Positions 16,694 through 24,156 of a stretch of 27,739 nt of DNA are shown here, piece after piece. Positions within the stretch are counted from its first letter, which is position 1; every line of letters begins with the position of its first letter. A program made the translations under genes and the position numbers. This stretch comes from Bdellovibrionota bacterium (GTDB lineage Bacteria > Bdellovibrionota_C > UBA2361 > JBGSMV01): the NCBI GenBank assembly GCA_044356455.1, contig JBIKWF010000055.1, positions 1 through 27,739 on the forward strand, written 5' to 3'. The notes under the pieces are model-generated. The model was given only the letters and a program-made list of their open reading frames with translations, ran no database searches and had not been told where the DNA came from.

Positions 16694-16972
16694 TTACGTA
16701 TCGTCTCGCACCGCCTCCACAAAATATGCGAATCGAGTAAACTCGAATTCGATTACCTCGGTCATCATGGAAAGAATCAAGGAGGCATCATCCGGCCCAA
16801 CTGAATATCTATCACTTAAATCCGGATCTATTTCCATATCCGCGGCAAACTGCACACGAAAAGCCGCCTCGTCAAAGCGCTCTAAGCGGTGCACGGCAGT
16901 TACCTCTTCGGTTTGACCGTCATAAATCGAGAGCACATGTATTACGGAATGCTTAGCCATGGCGCCATTCAA
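16694..16972 (-). CDS. Small acidic hypothetical protein, possibly colicin E3-immunity-like
   Basis: ATGA overlap with the upstream methyltransferase stop; pattern LSIYDGQTEE...YSV...FEFTRFAYFVE. Confidence 0.55.
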   Translation of the reverse strand: MNGAMAKHSVIHVLSIYDGQTEEVTAVHRLERFDEAAFRVQFAADMEIDPDLSDRYSVGPDDASLILSMMTEVIEFEFTRFAYFVEAVRDDT

Positions 16973-18063
16973 CTACGAAGATCGAACTCGCCTCGCCCGG
17001 CTGCTAACAATTCAACGCAGCGCCAGCGAAACATTCTTGCTCGGAACAACAACCTTTGAAATGCATTCTGAACTGGTAAGGCCGCCTGGGAACGGCGCTC
17101 GGCCTGATTGCCTTTAAGCTGCAAAAGCGCCTCGGCGAGCAGCTCTGAGCGTGAATGAGCGGAAGCAGCCAAAGAGTCCTTGCCCCCTCGTTTTCGAAGC
17201 ACCAAGGCAACTGAAGTAAACACCACACCAAAGGTCTTAAGATTTATATGCGGCTGCACGTCGAGCTTATCACCTCGCATATCGAGAAGAGTCTCTAAGC
17301 ACGAGGGACTGATACGGAAATCGAGAGGTCCCACAAGCTCAAGCTCGGGCTGCTGACAAATTTCTTCAATTTGCTGGGGAGAAAACACTTCGTTGGTGGT
17401 TCTCCCATTGAGAGAGCAATCGGTAGTTACAAATACAATGCCTCCTGGACGGACTACCTTTGCCATCTGCGCGAGTGCCCGTGAAGCCTGGGCAACGCCG
17501 CCAAAATGCTCGACCGAAGAAAGGCAAAAAGCAAAATCAAAAAGATTCTCGGGGAACTCGAGATGAAGCGCATTCATCCATAGCGCTGAAAGTTTCTCCT
17601 CTCGATATGGATATGGAGCGAAGGCTTTTTGGTTATCAAGAAACCCCTCACGCGCCTCTCCTTGCACAAAATCCCCTTCGCCGTAAACATCCGACGCAAC
17701 CATGTGCCCTATGTGGTTTGCTGCATAGAAGAGAAGTCTCTCGTGCCCCGCAGCGACCGAAAGCCCAAGAGCATTTTCATTCCATACGCCTGCTTCCTGA
17801 AAAGCCTGAACCGCCCGAGTGAACTCCCAGAGTTTTCGGTGTCGAAAGACACAGGCCGGATCGCCCGTCATAATAGCCCCCGCGAGCGCCTGAAAAGAGG
17901 GCGAATCCCAATCCTCTATGTCACAAAGAGACGAGGGGGCGTTGTCGCTCTTAAGCGGGACGCGCGGATGGAACGCTCTTCTTAGCTTGCTCATGGGAGG
18001 GCTGACGTAATTAGCGGGTAGCGGAATTGAAAATCGCGGATCGAGCCCCTCGAGATGCGACAT
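16969..18063 (-). CDS. Class I SAM-dependent methyltransferase
   Basis: GLSVAAGHE (degenerate motif I), MNALHLEFPENLFDFAFCLSSVEHFG, MAKVVRPGG. ATG at 18063 preferred because it avoids overlap with the upstream gene. Confidence 0.82.
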   Translation of the reverse strand: MSHLEGLDPRFSIPLPANYVSPPMSKLRRAFHPRVPLKSDNAPSSLCDIEDWDSPSFQALAGAIMTGDPACVFRHRKLWEFTRAVQAFQEAGVWNENALGLSVAAGHERLLFYAANHIGHMVASDVYGEGDFVQGEAREGFLDNQKAFAPYPYREEKLSALWMNALHLEFPENLFDFAFCLSSVEHFGGVAQASRALAQMAKVVRPGGIVFVTTDCSLNGRTTNEVFSPQQIEEICQQPELELVGPLDFRISPSCLETLLDMRGDKLDVQPHINLKTFGVVFTSVALVLRKRGGKDSLAASAHSRSELLAEALLQLKGNQAERRSQAALPVQNAFQRLLFRARMFRWRCVELLAAGRGEFDLRS

Positions 18064-18080
18064 AGGCCCTTTTGCAAAGA

Positions 18081-18692
18081 CTATGGGCAATTAGCGCACG
18101 ATATCGTTATTTGACCCGCGTCGGGCTTATCATTGAGCGCGAGCACTGTGCCTGGAGCATTTGCATCAGACTTCCACTGAAACTCTGCCATCCCGTAGGG
18201 CTCTACCTCAGCAGGCCCGGTAAGGCTGAGTTCCTTGCCATCTCCAAGCTTGACCGAAACAGTTGGCCCCTTAGCAATGACAGAGCGTGAATTGCGAACA
18301 AAGACAGAGAACGCCCCATCAGCACCGGGAGTTGAAATATCCGCCAAATCCAATTTGGGAGTAGAGCAAGAAAACCGATACCTGGCGGTAGCTCCCTTAA
18401 AGCCGTCTGAGCACACGACAGAACCATCGGAATCCGCTCCTGCCCGGCAGTCGATACCACCGTGCTTGTCGCAGCTTGTTATCTTGGCTTGAGCCAGTTT
18501 CATTTCGCCGCGCATAATTGGCGCGAGCTCGGCAGGTTTCGCAGCCTTAGATTTAGGAGAGGAGGCGTAGTGCACCACGCCCTTGTCGTCTTCCCACTTG
18601 TAAACGGGACTTGCAGCAGCCAGTTCAGCAAGCGCTACAGTCGCCACCAGTGGCAAGAGGAAGTAGCACGTAAGACGCTGTTTACCCTTCAT
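18081..18692 (-). CDS. Secreted DUF4124-domain protein with Cys-rich C-terminal region
   Basis: Signal-like N-terminus; VYKWEDDKGVVHYASSP (DUF4124 signature); CDKHGGIDC...C...C. Confidence 0.78.
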   Translation of the reverse strand: MKGKQRLTCYFLLPLVATVALAELAAASPVYKWEDDKGVVHYASSPKSKAAKPAELAPIMRGEMKLAQAKITSCDKHGGIDCRAGADSDGSVVCSDGFKGATARYRFSCSTPKLDLADISTPGADGAFSVFVRNSRSVIAKGPTVSVKLGDGKELSLTGPAEVEPYGMAEFQWKSDANAPGTVLALNDKPDAGQITISCANCP

Positions 18693-18776
18693 GAATCCTC
18701 CAAGGTGAGCTTCAAGATCGACGCCACTCTAGCAGAAATCTTGGTTCGCTCAAGGAAGGAGAGAGCGGGTTCAGGA

Positions 18777-18845
18777 CGGAGCCCTAGGGACACGGCGCCC
18801 TATCGTCTGAGCCGTCCGGTAGGGCGCCGCGTCCCTGCGGTGCCG
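18777..18845. repeat. Inverted pair of GTAG-type REP palindromes
   Basis: CGGAGCCCTAGGGACACGGCGCCCTAT (18777-18803) and GTAGGGCGCCGCGTCCCTGCGGTGCCG (18819-18845); same family as 234-260. Confidence 0.78.
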
Positions 18846-18966
18846 AACAACAACCGCCCCACAACGCCGAGCAAAGACCCATAGTTCCGAAAGCATTACT
18901 CTTTTCGGACAAAGGCGGCAAAGTCTCATGTTTTGAGCACAGCCTTATTTCTTGTAGAGTACCCCC

Positions 18967-19914
18967 ATGCCGACCTCCTCCGCCCGAACACGCCCAAAGA
19001 CACCAAGGGCTCTGCCGCTTAGTGCAGCACGAATCGTAAGTTTTCAAAAACGCATACTCCAGTTCTACAAAAAAGAAGGGCGCGCCTTTCCTTGGCGAGA
19101 AACAAACGACCCCTACGCCCTGGCTGTTTCAGAACTTATGCTCCAGCAAACGCAAACCAAGCGCGTGCTTGAGTACTACCCTCGCTTCTTGAAAAAATTC
19201 CCCACCTTTGCCGCTCTCGCACAGGCGCCTCTTGCCGAGGTGCTGCAAGCTTGGCAAGGGCTGGGCTACAACAGGCGCGGAAAGAACCTTTGGCTTTTAG
19301 CTCAGGAAGTTGAGGGGCGCTTCTTTGGACAGCTTCCTCGGGAAACCTCGGACTTGCTGTCATTACCCGGGATAGGTGCCTACACCGCAGCCGCCCTACA
19401 GGCCTTTGCTTTTATGGCGCCAAGCCCGATGATCGAGACTAACATTCGAAGCGTCTTCCTTCTTGAGTTCTTTAAAAGCAAAGAATCGGTATCGGATAAG
19501 GAAATTCTGCCCCTTATTGAAAAGACTCTCTATAAGAAAAATCCGAGAGCGTGGTTCTATGCACTCATGGATTACGGAGCGCATCTTAAGAAAGTCCACC
19601 CCAAGCTTAACAAGAAGAGCAGGCACTTTAGACCTCAGTCAAAGTTTCAAGGCTCTGTACGTCAGGTTCGCGGAGCGATTCTTCGAGCAGTATTAGAGCT
19701 CACCAAGGTCTCCGAGAGTGACCTTGCCGAGCATCTCGAGAAGCCAAGCGCCCAGATAGCTGCCCCCTTGCAAGCTCTGATTGCCGAGGGACTTCTCGAA
19801 AAGAAGGAGAAATTCATTCGAATTCCAGATCAAACGTTGAATGCGAAGCGCTTTTCAGTCCATCGTCCATCGCCGAGAAAGGCCGCATCTCGGGAGGCAG
19901 CCACTCGTGTCTAA
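18967..19914 (+). CDS. mutY: MutY-like HhH-GPD adenine DNA glycosylase lacking the Fe-S motif
   Basis: FPWRET.DPY...VSELMLQQTQ, WQGLGYNRR, LPGIGAYTA, ALMDYG; no Cys in the protein. Confidence 0.85.
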   Translation: MPTSSARTRPKTPRALPLSAARIVSFQKRILQFYKKEGRAFPWRETNDPYALAVSELMLQQTQTKRVLEYYPRFLKKFPTFAALAQAPLAEVLQAWQGLGYNRRGKNLWLLAQEVEGRFFGQLPRETSDLLSLPGIGAYTAAALQAFAFMAPSPMIETNIRSVFLLEFFKSKESVSDKEILPLIEKTLYKKNPRAWFYALMDYGAHLKKVHPKLNKKSRHFRPQSKFQGSVRQVRGAILRAVLELTKVSESDLAEHLEKPSAQIAAPLQALIAEGLLEKKEKFIRIPDQTLNAKRFSVHRPSPRKAASREAATRV

Positions 19915-20746
19915 AATCAGGCAACTTACCGTAAGACGGGCGCAAGCGGGCTCAACTCTCCTAGAGTTTCTCTCGGTTCAACTTAAGATCTCGAAGAAGA
20001 ATGCAAAGCGCATGATCGATGCTCGCGTGGTCTTTATCAACACCAGGCGCACATGGATGGCCAAACACAAACTTTCTGCTGGTGACCGGATTGAGATCCC
20101 TGCTGAGTCGGAGGCTTCAGTCGAAAAGCCGAAACGAGTCTGGCCGCTCTACGAAGATGAAAATCTTCTTGTAGCAAATAAGCCCCCAGGAATTGTCTCT
20201 GATGGCGAAAGCAGCGTCGAGTCTCTTCTAAGGATAGAGCGCAGCAGCCCCAAATTAAGAGCCGTACACCGCCTCGATAAAGACACCTCAGGCTGCCTGC
20301 TTTTTGCCCTACACGAAGAGGCACGCGAGCAAGCGATAGCGGCATTTGAGGAAATGAAGGTAGGAAAGAAGTACCTGGTAATTGCGATTGGCAAAGTCCC
20401 GCCAGACCTTGAGCTTGTAGACCAAGCTATTGATGGCAAGAGCGCGAGAACTCGGTTCCGCATCCTCGAGATGGGGGCCCATGCGACACTCCTAGAAGCG
20501 GAGTTAGAAACAGGCCGCATGCACCAAATTAGGCGGCACCTAGCAGCAGTCCAATTGGGAATTGCTGGAGATAAGCAGTACGGCAAACAAGAAATCTCAT
20601 CGAGCCTACTTCGCACTATTTCGCGCCAGATGCTGCATGCATGGAAACTTGAAATTCCCTCGCTCAAGCTTAAAGTTACTGCGCCACTCCCCAAGGATTT
20701 TTGTGAGGCGCTTGAGCAATTTGGACTCGAGCAACCGAAGAACTAG
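19907..20746 (+). CDS. RluA-family pseudouridine synthase with N-terminal S4-like domain
   Basis: NKPPG, VHRLDKDTSG, TGRMHQIRRH, IAGDKQYG, QMLHA. GTG at 19907 follows GGGAGG. Confidence 0.92.
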   Translation: MSKIRQLTVRRAQAGSTLLEFLSVQLKISKKNAKRMIDARVVFINTRRTWMAKHKLSAGDRIEIPAESEASVEKPKRVWPLYEDENLLVANKPPGIVSDGESSVESLLRIERSSPKLRAVHRLDKDTSGCLLFALHEEAREQAIAAFEEMKVGKKYLVIAIGKVPPDLELVDQAIDGKSARTRFRILEMGAHATLLEAELETGRMHQIRRHLAAVQLGIAGDKQYGKQEISSSLLRTISRQMLHAWKLEIPSLKLKVTAPLPKDFCEALEQFGLEQPKN

Positions 20747-20846
20747 GGAATCTCTGAAAAAGTCCGCTCTGTGAACTCTGTGCCCTCTGTGGTTGATTTA
20801 AATTGCTCAAAAAACCACAGAGAACACAGAGTTCACAGAGAGAAAA
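20747..20846. mobile_element. Truncated MITE-like copy (one TIR)
   Basis: CTAG(20743-20746)-GGAATCTCTGAAAAAGTCCGCTCTGTG...; near reverse complement of 22617-22717; second TIR absent. Confidence 0.8.
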
Positions 20847-20863
20847 CGAATGATGAGAATCAC

Positions 20864-21286
20864 ATGAAGTCTTTCACCCGGCACCTCACCCTACACATCC
20901 CCGCACGCTTTGGATTTAAGAACATCACCTCCGTGGTAGCAGAGGCTGTGGAAGAAAGTGGCGTGCAAGAGGGACTGTGCCTCGTAAACGCCATGCACAT
21001 CACGGCAAGTGTTTTTATAAATGACGACGAAAGGGGCTTACATCATGACTATAAGGAGTGGCTCGAAACACTTGCTCCCCATGATCCCTCCCCGGAGCGC
21101 TACCACCACAACCGCACCGGCGAAGACAACGCTGACGCACACCTTAAACGCCAAGTAATGGGGCGCGAGGTTGTGGTTGCCATCACTAAAGGCGCCCTCG
21201 ATTTTGGCCCTTGGGAGCAGATTTTTTATGGCGAATTTGACGGGCGCCGCGATAAGCGGGTGCTTATCAAAATTATAGGAGAGTAA
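20864..21286 (+). CDS. yjbQ: YjbQ/UPF0047 family protein (secondary thiamine-phosphate synthase-like)
   Basis: [45 protein letters not shown]. The ORF-track extension from 20771 is translated repeat. Confidence 0.92.
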   Translation: MKSFTRHLTLHIPARFGFKNITSVVAEAVEESGVQEGLCLVNAMHITASVFINDDERGLHHDYKEWLETLAPHDPSPERYHHNRTGEDNADAHLKRQVMGREVVVAITKGALDFGPWEQIFYGEFDGRRDKRVLIKIIGE

Positions 21287-21295
21287 GCCCCCTTG

Positions 21296-22555
21296 CTACT
21301 CTTCGTGGAAATCGAGATCGCGCGAGAATGATTCTTTGAGTTTCCAAAGAGCGAATAGAGCTATTCCATATCCGATACAGGCTACTACAAGCGCAGAGGA
21401 GGTAACGCCAAGCGCAGGCTGTAGCGCAACGAATCCAAGATTAATGGGAATCACAGTCGCTCTCACCAGATTGGGAACAGAGGTGGTAACCGTAGCCCGA
21501 AGATTTGTCCCGAACTGCTCCGCTGCAGATGCAAGAGCGCATATCCAATAGCCCACAAAGAAACCAAGTCCCCCAAGGATTGCGTAGAAACTTGTAGCGG
21601 AAGAAACCAAACCTCCGTGCATTCCTAAAATCAGCGCAAAACCAAGCACCATAAAAATTGCCATGGGCGCCTTTCTGCTTCGAAGATGCTGACTGAGAAG
21701 CCCAGAGACAAGGTCCCCCACCGTAATTCCGATGGAGGCATAGAAGAGTGCTGTCGGGACAAGAATCGGTTCGCTAATACCAAATGCCTTTGCTAATTCT
21801 GGAGCAAAAACCCCGTACATACCAAAAACGAGCCAAATCGGAATGCCCACTGCGATACAGGCAAAAAATCGTCCAATGCGCTCCTTAGAGCCGAACAAGA
21901 GTGCAAGGGACCCCTTTCGAATCCCTTGAGCACTTTCCATTTGCTTGTACATTCCTGATTCATGCACCAAAACGCGCAGCGCGAGGAGCGCGAGGCCCAT
22001 CACGCCCCCGAGCAAGTATCCATTGCGCCAGGAGACATGCGAGCCGACGTAGGCCGCAGCAACTGCGCCTGCAACCCCCACCGTCGCAACAATAGTTACT
22101 CCAATTCCGCGGCGCTCTTTGGGCAAGAGCTCGCTCACTAAAGTAACCCCAGCTCCAATTTCTCCGGCTAAGCCGAACCCAGCGATAAAGCGCAGAACCG
22201 CATACGAGGGCAGAGTCGTAACAAAGGCATTGCCAATATTCGCCAAAGAATAGGTGATAATCGAGGCAAACATGATACTCGCACGGCCATAGCGGTCACC
22301 CATGGTTCCCCATACGAACCCGCCCAGTAGCAATCCTGCCTGCTGACAATTGATAAGAAAGGCCCCATTAGTGGTAATCTCAGCGCCGCTGAAACCAAGA
22401 TCGGTAAGGCTTGGGACTCTGAAATTGGCAAAAAGCCAAAGGTCGAAGACGTCAACAAAGTAGCCCAGGGCTGCGACGAGAATGGCGAACTGAGCCGTTT
22501 TTGATATAGGGGGCGACATTGGGCTCGTTAAAGCTGAACTGGCTGGTTCTGTCAT
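21296..22555 (-). CDS. Major facilitator superfamily transporter
   Basis: ALGYFVDVFD, GTMGDRYGR (motif A), RFIAGFGLAGE, SELLPKERRG, AEQFGTNLRAT; about 12 TM segments. Confidence 0.93.
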   Translation of the reverse strand: MTEPASSALTSPMSPPISKTAQFAILVAALGYFVDVFDLWLFANFRVPSLTDLGFSGAEITTNGAFLINCQQAGLLLGGFVWGTMGDRYGRASIMFASIITYSLANIGNAFVTTLPSYAVLRFIAGFGLAGEIGAGVTLVSELLPKERRGIGVTIVATVGVAGAVAAAYVGSHVSWRNGYLLGGVMGLALLALRVLVHESGMYKQMESAQGIRKGSLALLFGSKERIGRFFACIAVGIPIWLVFGMYGVFAPELAKAFGISEPILVPTALFYASIGITVGDLVSGLLSQHLRSRKAPMAIFMVLGFALILGMHGGLVSSATSFYAILGGLGFFVGYWICALASAAEQFGTNLRATVTTSVPNLVRATVIPINLGFVALQPALGVTSSALVVACIGYGIALFALWKLKESFSRDLDFHEE

Positions 22556-22587
22556 AGTCTACTCCACTACTGAGAGTCGCCCTTTAG

Positions 22588-22717
22588 GGAACATCCGAAA
22601 AACCTCGATATTTAATTTTCTCTCTCTGTGATCTCTGTGTCCTCTGTGGTTTTTTGAGCAATTTGAATCAACCACAGAGGGCACAGAGATCACAGAGCGG
22701 ACTTTTTCAGAGATTCC
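22588..22717. mobile_element. 130-bp MITE-like element with TTAG target duplication
   Basis: TTAG(22584-22587)-GGAACATCCGAAAAA ... TTTTTCAGAGATTCC-TTAG(22718-22721); same length and layout as 4769-4898. Confidence 0.87.
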
Positions 22718-22731
22718 TTAGTTTAAAATCA

Positions 22732-22758
22732 ACCACTAAAACCAAAGAGGCCACTAAG
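22732..22758 (+). repeat. Solo triple 9-mer arm (ACCACTAAA ACCAAAGAG GCCACTAAG)
   Basis: Degenerate copy of the 8134-8160 motif, next to a MITE. Confidence 0.6.
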
Positions 22759-22784
22759 GGATAGGGCCATGAGGGCTGCGTGCG

Positions 22785-23009
22785 CTACCCATCAGTACGA
22801 GGCACTTTGGTAAAACCATATGGGCAGTGACGACAGCCGGAGCGGCAGCACTTGCCACGTTTAAGGTGCTCGAATTCAGTGGTTACCTGGTAGCCCGTAA
22901 GGGGGTCAAGATAGAACGACTTACCCTCCTCACATGCACGGAGGTGAATCTCTTCAACTTGGCTTTTTTGATTCAGGATTCGCCTCTCGGCGTCTGGAGA
23001 GTCAGGCAT
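22785..23009 (-). CDS. Small Cys-rich protein (DUF5522-like)
   Basis: YLDPLTGYQVTTEFEHLKRGKCCRSGCRHCPYG. Confidence 0.8.
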   Translation of the reverse strand: MPDSPDAERRILNQKSQVEEIHLRACEEGKSFYLDPLTGYQVTTEFEHLKRGKCCRSGCRHCPYGFTKVPRTDG

Positions 23010-23011
23010 TT

Positions 23012-23857
23012 CTAGCCAACATTTGAATCAGAAGTCTCGGAAAGCTTTGCCATGCGGCTACTAAAATCTCGTCTCCACTTTTCGTGAGTTCCAAGAATAG
23101 TCCTCGCATAGCGCCTTGACGAATCAGGCACGCCAGATCCGCGTCTTAAGGCGCCCGAAAGATTTGACGGGCCCCAGTTATAGGCAATCAGCATACCCTC
23201 GCGGTCAAAATCAAAATTGTTCTCGAGATACTTCAAATAAGCGATGCCCACACGCACATTGTAGGCGGGATCATTTAACTGGTGAGCCCCGAGCCAGGTA
23301 AGGCGAGCCCGTTCAGAAATGTAGCGACCGGTGGTCGGCATAATCTGCATAAGCCCCTGAGCCCCGCGATGTGAGGTGGCAGTATTATTGAAGGTGCTCT
23401 CAGCCTTAATCACCGCGGCAACAAACAAGGGGTCGTACCCTGCAGCCAGGCTTTCCTCGACAATCAGGCTAGCGAGAGACTCTCGGTCCTCGTCTTCGAG
23501 CTTCACCCCGAACTTACCAATGATGTCGGAGATAAGCCCCGTAAGAACTGAACGCTCAGAAGGAATCTCTAAGGCCGGGGTTACATGAATATCTGTCTGA
23601 AGAGCCAAAGCCTGAGAGGGCAAGGCTTGAGAAGGTGAGCGGCGATCAAAGTCGCGGCTCGTAGGAGAGCGCTTTGCCAAGACAAGAGAAGCCAGAAGCA
23701 GGGAGACAAGCAGCCCCACGAGAATCCGGTCCATAGCCGAGGGGGCTAGCGTAATACCAAAGGCACGGCTCTGCCGGGCCGGGGCTTCCCTGACCTCTCG
23801 TGCCACTGCGGAAGCAGCGGAACCAATAGCCGTAGCTCTCATCATTCCAATCGCCAT
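23012..23857 (-). CDS. Membrane-anchored lytic transglycosylase (SLT domain)
   Basis: AVIKAESTFN (catalytic Glu), SHRGAQGLMQIMP, DPAYNVRVG, AYNWGP; one TM helix. Start uncertain (ATG 23857 follows GGAG; TTG 23878 also possible). Confidence 0.88.
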   Translation of the reverse strand: MAIGMMRATAIGSAASAVAREVREAPARQSRAFGITLAPSAMDRILVGLLVSLLLASLVLAKRSPTSRDFDRRSPSQALPSQALALQTDIHVTPALEIPSERSVLTGLISDIIGKFGVKLEDEDRESLASLIVEESLAAGYDPLFVAAVIKAESTFNNTATSHRGAQGLMQIMPTTGRYISERARLTWLGAHQLNDPAYNVRVGIAYLKYLENNFDFDREGMLIAYNWGPSNLSGALRRGSGVPDSSRRYARTILGTHEKWRRDFSSRMAKLSETSDSNVG

Positions 23858-24156
23858 ATCAACACAGCTCCCTATCAAGGGATGGGGAGCGTACCCAAAA
23901 CCAGAACCTTACTGAACACCTGTCACCTTGGATGGAGCTGCTGCTCCAGTGGGAGCAAGCTAAAGCTTGAATAAGAAACCCAATTAGGCTCTAATCCAGC
24001 AAATTAAATTTAGCGGTATTAGGTGGTTAGCTGAGTTTCACCGGAACGCTTTGTTTTAGATTGTTAAAGTTTCCCGGTGCCAATTTATTTTTCTTAGTAT
24101 TATCAAGCACATACGACTCAAGCTGCTGTAATTAATAAAAACTAAGTGAATTAACG

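Noticed and set aside
23990..24156. AT-rich stretch upstream of mnmG as oriC
   Set aside because: No DnaA boxes in it and no dnaA, rsmG or parAB context; better explained as a divergent promoter region.
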